Origin: Phaeosaccion multiseriatum
Lineage: Eukaryota; Protista; Ochrophyta, other classes
Assembly (NCBI GenBank): GCA_965112735.1
Contig: OZ218953.1
Span: 1,860,001 to 1,924,000, forward strand
Reading direction: 5' to 3'
Length of the DNA: 64,000 nt
Numbering within the stretch: the first letter of the stretch is position 1; each line of letters starts with the position of its first letter. The notes beneath the pieces are model-generated. The model worked only from the letters and a program-made list of their open reading frames with translations, made no database searches and was not told where the DNA came from. A program made the position numbers and the translations under genes. Positions 29,119 through 40,834 of this stretch are shown here, in pieces.

Positions 29119-30077
29119 CTTGTTGTTTGAGCGTCTCCACTTCCTCGTGGAGTCTCTGAAGCTCCAAGGCATGCCTGCGAGTCGAGAGTCGAGTCCAATC
29201 CGTCAAGTCAGAGGAGAGACGAACGCACACGCACAGAGAGAGAGAGGTATTGAACTATTGAAATATTGAAATCCGGTTGCAATCAGGGCCTTTCCCTTCC
29301 CCCCTACACGTCCATCCGCCAGTCACCCTTTTCTCCGTCTCGTCTACTCCCTCTCTCTCACTCTCACTCATCCCCTCCCCCCCCCCCCCCCCCTAAACAC
29401 ACTACCCTTGCTGCCCACCCGCCCACTCACCTGGATCGCTCCTCCTCCTGCTCTCGGCGCTGGGCCCGCTCCTTCACAAGAGCCGTGAGCCTCCGGGCTC
29501 CATCCTCTATTCCCTCGCTATCTTTGTCCTCTTCTCTGCTGCCCTGAGGGGGCTTGACGGTGATAGATTGTGGTGCCGGTGCCGGTGCTGGTGCTGTGGG
29601 AGGGGCAGTAGCCGAGGGGTGGCGCCTCAGCATGTGCTTGTGCAGGAACTCGGCGGAGCTAAACACTTTCCCACATATCCCGCACACATGTGCGTGTGCC
29701 TGCTGCGTCTGCGGCTGTGCTGTAGGACCAGCCGCAGCAGCTGGAGCTTGCTGTGGTAGCGGCGCGACAAAGGGAGGCAGACCCAACCTCGGCACGAGGT
29801 CGAACAGAGGCCCCGCGTCGATACCGTACTGCTTGAGGAGCTTTGTACACGTGTCCAACACACTCTGATACTGCAGCACCTCTCTCTGCAGCGCCCTGCT
29901 GTCCTTGGCTGCGAGGCTGAGCTGCTGCTTCATCTCCTCTGTGCGATTGGTGGCCGCCTCGAGCTGCTTCATCACCCCGCGAATAAAGCCCTCCTGACGG
30001 TCCTGCACGTGTAGCAGATACTCCGTGAGCAACTGTTGCGTGCGCACCAGCTGAATGAAGGCGGACACACATAAAGA

Positions 30078-30115
<38 letters not shown>

Positions 30116-30710
30116 TGGAGGTAACGGCAGGGGTGGCAGTTGGCTAGCGTTGGGTTACAGCTGGAGGAGACACAGCTTTCCATAATGAAAATGTGGGAGC
30201 AGGTGTGTGGGTGTGTGAAGGGGTTAAAACAAACTGCTCCCTCTCTCTCTCACCTTGGTGGTAAGATGGTCTCCATGCAAGTTGGTGGGGGGCATGTCCT
30301 CCGGGCTAATCTCGCTGAAGGTAACCTCATCCAGGAGCTGCTGCAGCAGAGGGAGGTCCACCTCTGCCACCACGCTGTCGAGGTTGACTTCGGCAATCTT
30401 GCGCCAATCCAACTTGCCATACCTGGAAAGAAGGGTTAGGGTTAGGGCTAGGGTTCACCCCGTTTCTCAGGTCAGGTGCGTAAGAGATGTTACGAGCTAG
30501 GCCCAACACTCCTCCTCACAAGAGGCGTTCACTCCTTCTCCTCCTCTTCCCCTCGTCTACCTCCTCCACCTCCAGTCCACCTCCTACTCGTCTTTTGCTT
30601 TATTAAAGTGGGTGTGAGTCTCGCGCTCACCTTTGGCGGAAATAGAAGGCATGGGCTCCCGGGCCGCGAGAAGAAGCAACAAGCGGGTGGCCTCCCCCCT
30701 TGGGCGGCAT
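25394..30710 (-). CDS. DZIP1: DZIP1/Iguana-like ciliary basal-body protein (Dzip-like_N + coiled coil + C2H2 zinc finger, polyQ tail), 9 exons
   Basis: Spliced N-terminus reads FYFRQRYGKLDWRKIAEVNLDSVVAEVDLPLLQ...KLVRTQQLLTEYLLHVQ. C2H2 finger is CGICGKVFSSAEFLHKHMLRRHP. Eight GT-AG introns traced in frame. Confidence 0.82.
30433..30453 (+). repeat. Telomere-like GGGTTAGGGTTAGGGCTAGGG tract in DZIP1 intron 1
   Basis: Direct read; four G3 runs with 3-nt loops. Confidence 0.8.
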
Positions 30711-30880
30711 GTCTTCCGCGCAGAGAGAAGAACACCAGCGACAAGGGCTCACTTCCACGCCCTCAAAGGTGAAGATCACAGTTCATTTTTTTGCGGGACA
30801 TGCCCGTTTTTGAGTTTCAGCTGTCAGCCGGGCGGTGAGCGATCGGTATGGGTATCATTATTTGGTGAAGAGAGGAGAGC

Positions 30881-31628
30881 ATGACAGCGGACGAACGCTT
30901 CGATGGTATGTACCTCCAATTGGCGCAGCAATGCGGAGGGATTGAGCCTCTGCTGGACTCGCTGTTCGGCTTCTTGAGGCGCAAGACGGACTTCTTCTCG
31001 GGGGCGGACGAGATGCAGATTGAAAATACTGTCTTGACAGCCGTAAGGACACACGCGGAGCAAGCAAAGGCCGCCGGCGTAAGGGAGGAGAAAATTAAAC
31101 AGGCCAAGAAGAAGAAGGAGGAGCAGGCTGCGGAGGCGAAGCGAAGGAAGAAGGAGGAGGCTGAGAAGGAGAAGAAGAAGGTGGAGGGAGGTGGGCCCGT
31201 CAAGGCCCCGGCGGCCGGCGTGGTGGAGCTGGGCAACGACGGTACCTTCGACTCTTCCGCGGCTGATGATAGTGCTGCAGCCTCGTCACCACCACCAGCG
31301 GGAGAAGGAGATGGGGACGGGGATGGTAAGGGGAAGAGCGACGAGGGAGGGAAAGCAGGGGACGAGGGGGAGGAGGAGGAGGAGGACAAGACTCCGGCGC
31401 CCCTCGGGAACGGAGGCACGTGCGAGCACTACACATGGACACAGACTCTCTCCGAAGTCAATGTGGTCTTTCCCGTGCCGCTGGGAACCAAGTCTAGAGA
31501 TGTGGTATGCGACATCTCGTCGCGTAAGATGAAGTTAGGCCTCAAGGGCAAGCCCCTGCAGGTGGACGGGGAGCTACCCAAGAAGGTCATTACGGAGGAC
31601 TGCTTCTGGACCCTCGAGGACGGTAAGA

Positions 31629-31674
<46 letters not shown>

Positions 31675-32781
31675 GATGTTGATTTTCTTGTGTGGCGCGC
31701 TCTCTCTCTACGATACGCAGGCGACAACGGCAAGGAGGTGAGCATCCTTCTGCAGAAGGACAACAAGATGGAGTGGTGGAGCAGCGTCATTGTGGGAGAC
31801 GCCACCATCGACACCAGCAAGGTGCGATCAGTTTTTTACTCACTCACTCTCACTCACTCACTCGCTCTCACTCACTCTCACTCACTCACTCACTCACTCA
31901 CTCACTCACTCACTCACTCACCTCTGCGGCTCGCTTGGGTGATGTTCTCTCTCCTTGGGTCTTCCCTGCTGCTGCTGCTGCTGCTGCTCTTGTCTCTAAT
32001 GATGTGTGTGATGCACGATGAATAAGGTGGTGCCTGAGAACAGCAAGCTCGACGACCTCGACTCGCAGACGAGGCAAACAGTGGAGAAGATGATGTTCGA
32101 TCAGAGACAAAAGGCACAGGGACTGCCCACCGCCGATGAGATGCAAAAACAGGAGGTGAGGCCATGGCAGAAACCGGGGGGGGTAGGTGGGGGGGTGGTG
32201 GTTGAGGATGAGGATGAGCGAGAGAGAGGGAGGAGGGGAGGAGGGGGGCTCACGGCGGGGAGGGAGGGGAGACAAGACTCCAAGAGGAGCAGCATCCTCA
32301 CCCTTTCCGAAACTGTCTGCCCTTTTTCTCTTGCCTTTTGCCCCCCTCCCTTCCCACCGCAGATGCTCAGCAAGTTTATGTCCGCGCACCCGGAGATGGA
32401 CTTCAGGTGAGGTTGGGGGGGGTTGCCCAGTATTGGGTCGACTTACTGGTTCATGTTGGGTGCCTACCAGACTTCCAGCCCCCTTCCTCCTTCCCCCCTA
32501 CCTACTTGCCTACCTACATGTCTACCTAACGAACCCCTTTGTTTCCCCCCATAGCGAACGTCGGCGGTAGCCCGCGCCTCTCTCGCGTAAGCCTGCTCAC
32601 AATCTTTAAAACATTCCCCCCTCCGCCTCGCCCCACCCCATCCTCCTTGGTCGGTTCTGCTGGTGACTCTTGCTCCACTGGGCCCTGGCCTGACCTTACA
32701 GCAAAGCAAAGGTAAGGTGGTTCGGAATGCACTGTCACCAGTAGCAGCAGTAGCAGCAGTAGCAGCAGTAGCAGCAGTAGC

Positions 32782-32864
<83 letters not shown>

Positions 32865-33183
32865 CAGTAGCAGTAGTAGCAGTAGTAGTAGAAGTAGCAG
32901 TAGCAGCAGCAGCAGCAGCAGCAGCAGCATCAGCAGCATCAGCAGCATCAGCCGGGAATGGCGTCGTGTGGGGGCGTGAGTGGCTCGTTACGCAGGTCTT
33001 TTGCGATCTTGAGGGGACGGTTCTTCCCTCAACACACTCGAGAGCGTTCCAAGAGCGTTCCAAGAGCGTTCCAAGAGCTTTTGTTTCTTCCGTCTCTTGC
33101 CTCACACTCATCATCTTCTCCTCTTCGCTCTTTTTTCTTCTCTCCCTCCTCTCCGCTGTACTTGTGCCCCGCAGTTCAATTGA
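30881..33183 (+). CDS. NUDC: Nuclear migration protein NudC (NudC_N + CS/p23 domain + C-terminal domain), 6 exons (30881-31622, 31721-31821, 32027-32155, 32363-32406, 32702-32711, 33175-33183)
   Basis: Motifs [23 protein letters not shown]...[33 protein letters not shown] and HPEMDFSKAKFN*. Confidence 0.93.
32741..32950. repeat. Compound (TAG)n/(CAG)n trinucleotide repeat in the last NudC intron
   Basis: Direct read. Confidence 0.9.
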
Positions 33184-33970
33184 CGCACTCGCCGGATCAT
33201 GACTTTTACTTGCCGATCGTACCGGAACGATTTGCTCCGATGGCGCGGGGGAAGAGAAGAGAGACGACCTCTGTGTCGCTTTGTACTGTAGGTGCAGACA
33301 AGGGAGAGGGGAGAGCAAGATGGAAGATAGATAGTAGAATTCACCTCTTCCGGGGGAGAGGGGTGGTGGCAGAATCCGCTCCGAGAAGAAGTGGGGAAGC
33401 ACGGGAACACACAGCACAAAAGACTAAAAATCAAAGACAACACAACAACAACGAAAAAGGCGTGGGTGTTTTTTCTTGTTTATTCTTTCGTCTTTTTTCT
33501 TTTTGACTCCCCGAAACTTAAGCTAAAAATTGGTGGTTGGTGTGTGTGCGTGAGAGAGGCCAGACTCCTTCCGTTCGCTGCGGCTAAAGGTATAGTAAGT
33601 AGCTCTGCTGCGGGTGTACCCCGAATCCTCCCCGCCCCCCCCCCCCCCCCCCTCCCCCCCGGAGAAGGCGGCAAGGACGCGCTTCTCGAGGTCGTTGATG
33701 GTGATGATGACACTGACGGTCGTCACTGTCGTTGTTGTTGGTGTTGTTGTTGTTGTCGTCGTTGTTGTTGTTGTTGTCGTCGTTGTCGATGTCATTGTTG
33801 TTGTTGATGATGATGACATGGATGGTCATCACCGTTGGCGTTGTTGTTGAGGACCTGAATGGTTGTTGTCATCCTCCGCCTCGGTCGTTAAGTCTATCTC
33901 CACCTGTCGTCGTCTCCTCCTCCTCCTCCTCCTCCTCCGGCTGCCGAGCAACTCGTACTCGTAACACTCC

Positions 33971-36900
33971 TCACGACTCCGCCGCCCCCGCGTGCTCCTG
34001 CAGCACCCTGAGCGCCTCCAGGATCTTCCCCTTGAGACTGTCGGGGCTCTCCAACAGATGCAGCAGCTCCGAATTGTCCATCTCCAGCAGCATGCCCGTA
34101 ATCTTACCCGCCAGCTCCGGCTCCACCTCGTGAATCAGAGGGTACAGCCTCTCTCCCAGCATGTTCTTCTGCTTCTCCGGGCTGGCCGCTGCCAACGCCG
34201 CAGGAGTCAACACCTCCTGTGCGGCTGCCGCTCCACCTGCAGAGGCCGGAGGTGCCTGGCCCTGCTGCCCCTGCTGGCCGGGCTGGCCACCCTGGGGCGC
34301 CGGCTGGTTGCGCACCTGCTGTGTGTACTGGAAGCCCCCCTGGTTCTGCTGCACCCCCCGGGGTCCGCCCTGCTGCTGAGGTCCTCCCTTGGCCCCCCGG
34401 GGAGCCCCTCCCTGGCCCCTCCCTCCTCCCTGCGGGCCTCCTTGCTGCGGGCCGCCCGGGCCTCCTTGTTGCCCCTGCTGGCCCCCCGTGCGAGGGCGCT
34501 GGGAGTTACCTCCCTGCCTGCGCTGCTGCTGCACCCCCCCCACCCCGCCGGGCATCTGTGCCTGCCCCATGGCCGCGTACGCAGGCATGGGGTAGCTTCC
34601 GCGGCCACCGTAGGCAGGAGGCATGAGCCCTCTCACCGCGGGCCCCCTGGGCATCATTTGCGGCATCATGGGGTATCCCCCCGGCTGCGGGCGCTGCAGA
34701 GCCATACCCGGCTGCCCCATCATGTACGGCATGGCCCCATAGAGGCCCGCCTGGGGCATTCCCATGGGACCCCTCGGTCCTCCGGGCATGGTACGCTGCT
34801 GATACTGCGCCTCCAGCTGTGCACGCCTGACCTCCTTGCGCTGCGCCAACGCCACGTAGATGGGCTTGCCGTTCATCATGCGGTTGTTCATCTCCTGCAC
34901 CGCCTTGGTCGCCTCCTCAGGGGCGCTGAAACATATGAAACCGAAGCCCTTGCTCTGCCCCGAGGTGGAATCCTTCATGATCCGGGCGGAGGTGACTGTT
35001 CCGTGGGCGGAGAAGGCCTCCCTGACCTGGTCCTCCGTGATATCATTCTCCAAGTTCTTGACGTACAAGTTCACTCCCTGCGTGTGTGTGTAGGGGGGAC
35101 GGCATGTCAGCGTAAGCCTTTCCGTTCGTCAACAAAAGCGTAGACCCAACAACACATCAAGATAAGATTCGGGAGGACAACCCTCTGGATAGGTCTCCCC
35201 CTCCCACCGCTGCGCTCCCCACACACATCCATTCCAACTCGCGTAATGACTTGAGTGAACAAACAAACCCACCCAACGAACTCACCTGGTACTTGCTCAG
35301 TCGCTCGTTGCGAATGGTCTCGTACTTTGCGCGCAGCTCGCGGTCCCTCTCGGACTTCTTCTGCGCACGGCACACCACCAGTTCCTTAATCTCCCTCTCC
35401 AACTGGTCTCCCTGGTCCTCCTCTGTCTTCTCCTCCTTGTCCTCCTCCTTCTTCGCCTCTTCCTTCTCCTTCTTGTCTCCCTCCTTCTCCCCCTCACCCT
35501 CCTTCTCCTCACCATCCTCGCCCTCCTTCTTCTCCTCCCCGCCCTCCTCGGTCTCTCCGTCCTCCTTGGCCGCGCTCTCCGGCCTCTTGTGCGCCTCCAC
35601 CGCCTTGACAGCCGCCTCGTGCTCCTCAAAGTTCACAAAGCCAAAGCCCTTCGACTCGGTTTTGCCATCCTTGTTATCCTTGTCCTTCTCCTCGCTCGCC
35701 TCGTCAGACGCTGCAGCCCCGGTGCTGATTTTGCAGCTCGTCACCGTGCCGTACTGTATGTTGGTGCGGTACAAGAGAGAGAGGAGAGGAACAAGAGGGG
35801 GTACGTACTTTTACGTAAGTCACACGCCTGTCTCCACCCCTGCGATGATTCGGATGATTCGATCCTTCCTTCTGCCTCTGGTCTCAGCTTCTCCCTGCCC
35901 TCTCTTGCTCCTCATCCCCCCTCCCCCCCCTTCCCTTCCCTCCCATCCACCAACCCCCTGCTCAAACTCACCCTCGTGAAAACCTCCTTGAGCTTCTCCT
36001 CCGTCCACGTCTTGGGCAGGTTCTTGACGTACACATTGGTCCAGTCCGTCTGAGACGCACGGTCGTTCCTGCGGACGAAGTGCCCCACGTGCACCTGCTT
36101 GCCTGCGATGAGCATGCCGTCGATCTTGGAGATGGCCTCGTTGGCGGCCTCTGCCGTTTCGTAGTGCACGTAACCGTACCCCTTGGACGAATCTGCCTCG
36201 TCCGTGGCCACCTGTCGGGGAAGGTAGGTATATAGGGAGGCAGGCATATGGGTAGGGAAATAGGCAGGGATGAGAACGGCTGGAGGCATAAGCCCAGAGG
36301 AAAGACGATCCATTCCTTGGGGGTCCCTCTGCTCTCTGGTCATCACCTCCCTGCTGGAGGCCCTGTTCTGCCCTGCGCTGCCCAACCCTGCTGCCCAACC
36401 CTGACCCCTCACTCGCCGCCCCCGCCCCCCCCCCTCCTTTTTCTTTCATCTCTCCCTGCCTCACCTTGCAAGACAGAATGTTGCCGAAGAGCGAAAAGGT
36501 GTCGTACAGCGCCTTGTTGTCCACGGTGGGGTCAAGGTTCTTGACAAAGATGTTTCCCACTCCGGTGCGGCGGAGGGTAGGGTCGCGCTGAGACCACATG
36601 ATACGGCAGGCCTTGGTTTGGTTGATGACGGTGAAGTTCATCGTGTCGAGCGCACGCTCGGCTGTAGCACCACGACACACACACATAAAAGAGACACATG
36701 CACACGCACACAAGAGGTGATGAGACGAAAGAGAAAGTCAGCACGGGAAGAGGCCACCGAAATACGAACGGGGCGGGCCGCACAATCGCAAGCTCCCTTC
36801 CCGAAACAAGTCATGTATATGTGCTTGTCACGTTACTCCGTCCCAATCTTAGTCCAATCAATCCTCCCCTCCCCTCCCCTCTCTGTCCCACTCCCAATCC

Positions 36901-37572
36901 TCTCTGCTTGCCCTTCTATTCTCTTCTCACCATCGGCCATGTTGTGGAAGTTGACATAGGCATAGCCCAGCGATCGGCGCGTCACGGTGTCGCGGCACAC
37001 GCGGATGGACGCCACGGGACCGACGGCGTTGAAGATTTCGAACAGCGTCGACTCGGAGACCGAAGGGTCAAGGTCACCCACGTAGAGCGAGGCCGAGTGG
37101 AACGGCTGCTGCACACCCTGCTTTGATATTGATTGATTGCGAGAGAGACAAGAGAGGAAGGAAACTGGTCAGAAACAGAAGCATCAGACGCATCACGGTG
37201 AAGAAACAACTGTGCCCTGCACATATCCACCGACCAACAATGTTTCTGCACCAAATTCAGGGCGACACAAAAGCCGTTCCTCTATCCCCCCTTCTCCCCC
37301 GCAGCCGCCGACAAGAGCAATCGATGTGGCCCAAAGCTGCAGCGCCAGACACGGGTGCTTAGCGTCATCCACACGTTCTTATCGTAAAGCCACGTCTCCA
37401 TTGCTCGAGCCATGAGATAGACAGGAATGCCGTCCCTGTCAACCCCTGGCTCTCAGCTCTCTACGACCCTTCCTTCACTCCCCGCCCCAGAAGTTGCTTT
37501 GCACACACCGCTGTGACCCACCTGTGCTCCCTGCTGAGGCGGCGCTGCCGCCTGCGGCTGAACGTTCATCAT
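33971..37572 (-). CDS. PABP: Cytoplasmic polyadenylate-binding protein (4 RRM + MLLE/PABC), 6 exons
   Basis: Motifs [72 protein letters not shown] and [11 protein letters not shown]...[11 protein letters not shown]. First exon is [17 protein letters not shown]. Confidence 0.97.
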
Positions 37573-38025
37573 ACGTTGTCTAGGCGAACACTGTTGGGGA
37601 GGAGCCAAGAGAAGGGAACGTGGGGGTCGGGGGCGGGGTCAGGACCACCACGACAGGAGGTTGCCCAACAGAACAGAAGAGGCTTCCAGACACTGGACAA
37701 ACACGGCAGGCAACCGCCGGCCTTCGCCAGTATGGAACATCGAGTCGAGACAGGACTGTCACAATACGGAAGAGCGGAGGAGAGGTGGGCCATCCCGCTG
37801 TGCATGGCGTCTCCGCCAGCCAAGCCCGTCGAGCAAACCAACCATCACTTCACTTCCAAGAGCCTCTACAAGCCCCCGACAAAGCAATTAAGGTCGCCAC
37901 TTCCACGCAAACGAGCCTCCCTGCCTCCTCATCTCTCTTCCCACCTTCGTGAACTCGGTTGCTGCGGTGGGTAGCGCTGCGCGAAGCTCTTCAGTCAATC
38001 CTCCTCGTCCGGGCCTCCTCTCCTC

Positions 38026-38051
38026 TTTTTATGTTTTTTTCTTTTTTTCTT
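38026..38051 (-). promoter_or_regulatory. A-rich tract upstream of the PABP start; candidate PABP autoregulatory element
   Basis: Minus strand reads AGAAAAAAAGAAAAAAACATAAAAA about 455-480 nt upstream of the PABP ATG, in otherwise GC-rich DNA. Inclusion in the mRNA is not shown. Confidence 0.35.
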
Positions 38052-38328
38052 AAGCGGGGGGGATGACAGCAAACATACACAGCAACAGACGCGTAGGAAG
38101 TCGGCGCGTAGTTGGTGTGTAGCTCTAAGAGTCTCAGTAGTGAGCCCCTTGTCCTTTAAATGGATGCTGTGCCCTCCCACCCCAGATTGAGTGGCCTCAA
38201 TTTTGCTCCCCCCCTCGGGTGAGCCCACCGGGGAATCCATTCATTCATGTTTGCGACCTCACATACCTCCTTTTGCGCTCTTCTCAATCTCTTAGTACTC
38301 TACCCCCCCACCCCCTACCCAAATCAAA

Positions 38329-39203
38329 ATGAAGTGTGTTGCCGTCCTCGCCCTTGTCCTGGCCAGCGCCGTGGCCTTCGTGCCCGCCACCACCCCCGTC
38401 GGCCTCAAGAAGGTTGCCCTCGCCCAGCACAAGGGAGCCGGAGGAAGTGAGTGGCGTTCCTTTTTGATAGAGTGTCGTGAGCCAAGACGGGTCTGCTCCC
38501 CTACCATGTCTGTCTTTTCTTCACTGTGTGTAAACCTTGCTCTTCTATGCAGACGCTGCAACGCCTTGTGTCACCGTGTTCCTTCTCCCACAATTGACTG
38601 ACGTACCACATCGTTGGGTTTTTCTTGTATGAGCGACGTGGTGAGGTTTCGCCTGGGGACGGAGGGGGCTGATACAGGGGTTGCACGGTATCCTCTCGGA
38701 GTCGATGGGGACTCTGTGTGTGTGTTTGGGCTCTGCCGACGCCCTCATTGGGGCTGTGGGGCTTCCGCTGCAATGCCCCAACCACCCATTCCTAATCATG
38801 TGTCCTTCGCATGCACCAGCCTAATAACAACCAACCACACCTTTTGTGTTTTGCTTCACAGTGAACGACACCAGGGACCCCGAGCCATCTGAGCACGAGG
38901 ACGCCCGAAAGTCCATCAAGGCTGCTCCTTCGTTCGAGGTGCGTATCGGTGATTAATAGGAGTAGACACACCTCAAAAAAACCAGGCCCGTCGGTTCTTC
39001 TTGAATCCTCTCTCAGCGCGTTTTTCTGGTCTTGTGGGACGCACGCACTGCTGTTGTGCAATTGCCACGCAACCATTCTCATCACGAGTGTATGAGTGTT
39101 GCATGTTCTTTCGGACCCTGACTTTTCATGCCCACCCTTCCTGTCACGATCCATCTCTCAGGAGTACATGAAGCAGAAGCAGGCCGAGGAGGCCAACAAA
39201 TAA
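38329..39203 (+). CDS. 78-aa plastid-targeted microprotein with bipartite presequence, 3 exons (38329-38446, 38862-38938, 39162-39203)
   Basis: Spliced product is MKCVAVLALVLASAVA|FVPATTPVGLKKVALAQHKGAGGMNDTRDPEPSEHEDARKSIKAAPSFEEYMKQKQAEEANK*. It has a signal peptide with an AVA-F (ASAFAP-type) cleavage motif, strongly C/G-ending codons and in-frame GT-AG junctions. Confidence 0.8.
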
Positions 39204-39696
39204 GCTCCCATCGAGTGACCGGCCCGCCCCTTCCTCTGCTCATGCACACACGACTATGGGGGTGACCATCCCTTCGCCCCGGTGCCCTCCACATAGGAAG
39301 GGTTACGCCGGGCCCCGCTGATCCTGGCAACAGGGTCTTCAGGGTCCGGGCAGCCTTTCACCTGTGGGGAGATATTCTGGGCGCACGTCATACAATAGAG
39401 TTAGAAACACGTCCCCCACACTGCTCAGACCCCTCTCCACCACTCACCGGCGCGGCTCGGCCCCGGCACGACTCGATCGACCCTGGTGTGTGAACGAAAG
39501 ACTGTGGCAAACCTTTTGTGATATGAAATTGTTATGATTAACGCGGGCGTGTTTCAGGAGACTGGCGCTGTAATATATGAAAACGCTTCAACCCTTCACT
39601 GTGTACTACTCTTTCCTCTTTTCTTTTGTCGCGTTCTGTGAGCTATGACCCGTTTGCGGGGGCGTGCGTGGCACCAAAGCGTCGCGCTACATGCAG

Positions 39697-39776
39697 TAGG
39701 AGACGCATCAGTACAGTAAGGGAAGCTCATCCCTGATAGGAGATGCATCAGTGCAGTAAGGGAAGTTCATCCCTGA
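39697..39776. repeat. 40-bp tandem duplication (2 copies, 3 mismatches)
   Basis: TAGGAGACGCATCAGTACAGTAAGGGAAGCTCATCCCTGA followed by TAGGAGATGCATCAGTGCAGTAAGGGAAGTTCATCCCTGA. Confidence 0.9.
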
Positions 39777-40147
39777 CTTGACAAAGAGAGAGAGAGCAGC
39801 GCGAGTGGCCGCACCACTTCCATTCGGCCATGCCTCTTCTGCCTGTTGTCTTTCACATGCCGGGGGGGGGGGGGTTCGCGCCTATTATAGAGTCTTGATT
39901 GTGTGCCTCAATTTATGTCATACTCCCCCGCCAGTGGTGTGTTCCGGTGCTGTGCCCTTTTGTCCTCCTCCTCCTCCTCCTCCTCCTCCTCCTCCTCCTC
40001 CTCCTCCTCCTCCCCCTCCTCCTCCTCCTCCTCCTCCTCCTCCCCCTCCTCCTCCTCCTCCTACTACTACTACTACTACTCTTCTACTATACTACTACCG
40101 GCACCCCAAGTCGTAAGTAACACACAAACCATGCACAACCCAACCAT

Positions 40148-40765
40148 CTACAACGAAGCCACAAAGTCCCTCGCCCGCTCTTTCACGGCATGCACGGTTT
40201 CCGCCGAGCCATGCTTCACCTCCAACACCAGGTACCGCTTAAACACCGCCTTCATCCGCTTGGCATTCAGCTCCAGCGTAGTAAGGCGATCCAGCAGCCC
40301 TCTGGCAGCGTCAATGTTGCCCGACTTGACCTCCCTGTCCACAAACACGTTCCAAAGATCGAGCCGCTTGGGGTGGGCTGCCACGAGACCTTCGAACAAC
40401 TCTCGGCCTCGAGCGGTGGAGCCGTGCTCGAACTCCGCACACGCGAAGTGAGACGTCACCTGTTTATGTGTGGGTGGGTGGGCGGTTGGGTGGGCGGGTG
40501 TGTGCGTGTGGGTGTGTGCGTATATCACGACAGTGGGTGTGTGTGTGTCAGTGTGGGGGTGTGGGGTGGGCGTGGGTGTATGGTGGAGGGGGGGGGGGGG
40601 GGCAGCACGCAGCAGCAGACACCACAGACAGGAGGAGCAGAAGAAAAGTTGAGTACATGTGGGAAGTGAGGTGTGACCTTTCACATGGTGACACACACAA
40701 GTGAATGGTCTGTAGTCGGGTGGCTAAGTCGGGGAAGCAGTTGGCAGGTCGGTTCGGTTCCAACG

Positions 40766-40834
<69 letters not shown>

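Noticed and set aside
32526-32948. Poly-Leu/Val/Thr ORFs
   Set aside because: Translations of the (TAG)n/(CAG)n intronic repeat.
36240-36350. Box C-like GTGATGA in a PABP intron (possible C/D snoRNA)
   Set aside because: No box D (CTGA) at a suitable distance downstream and no terminal stem.
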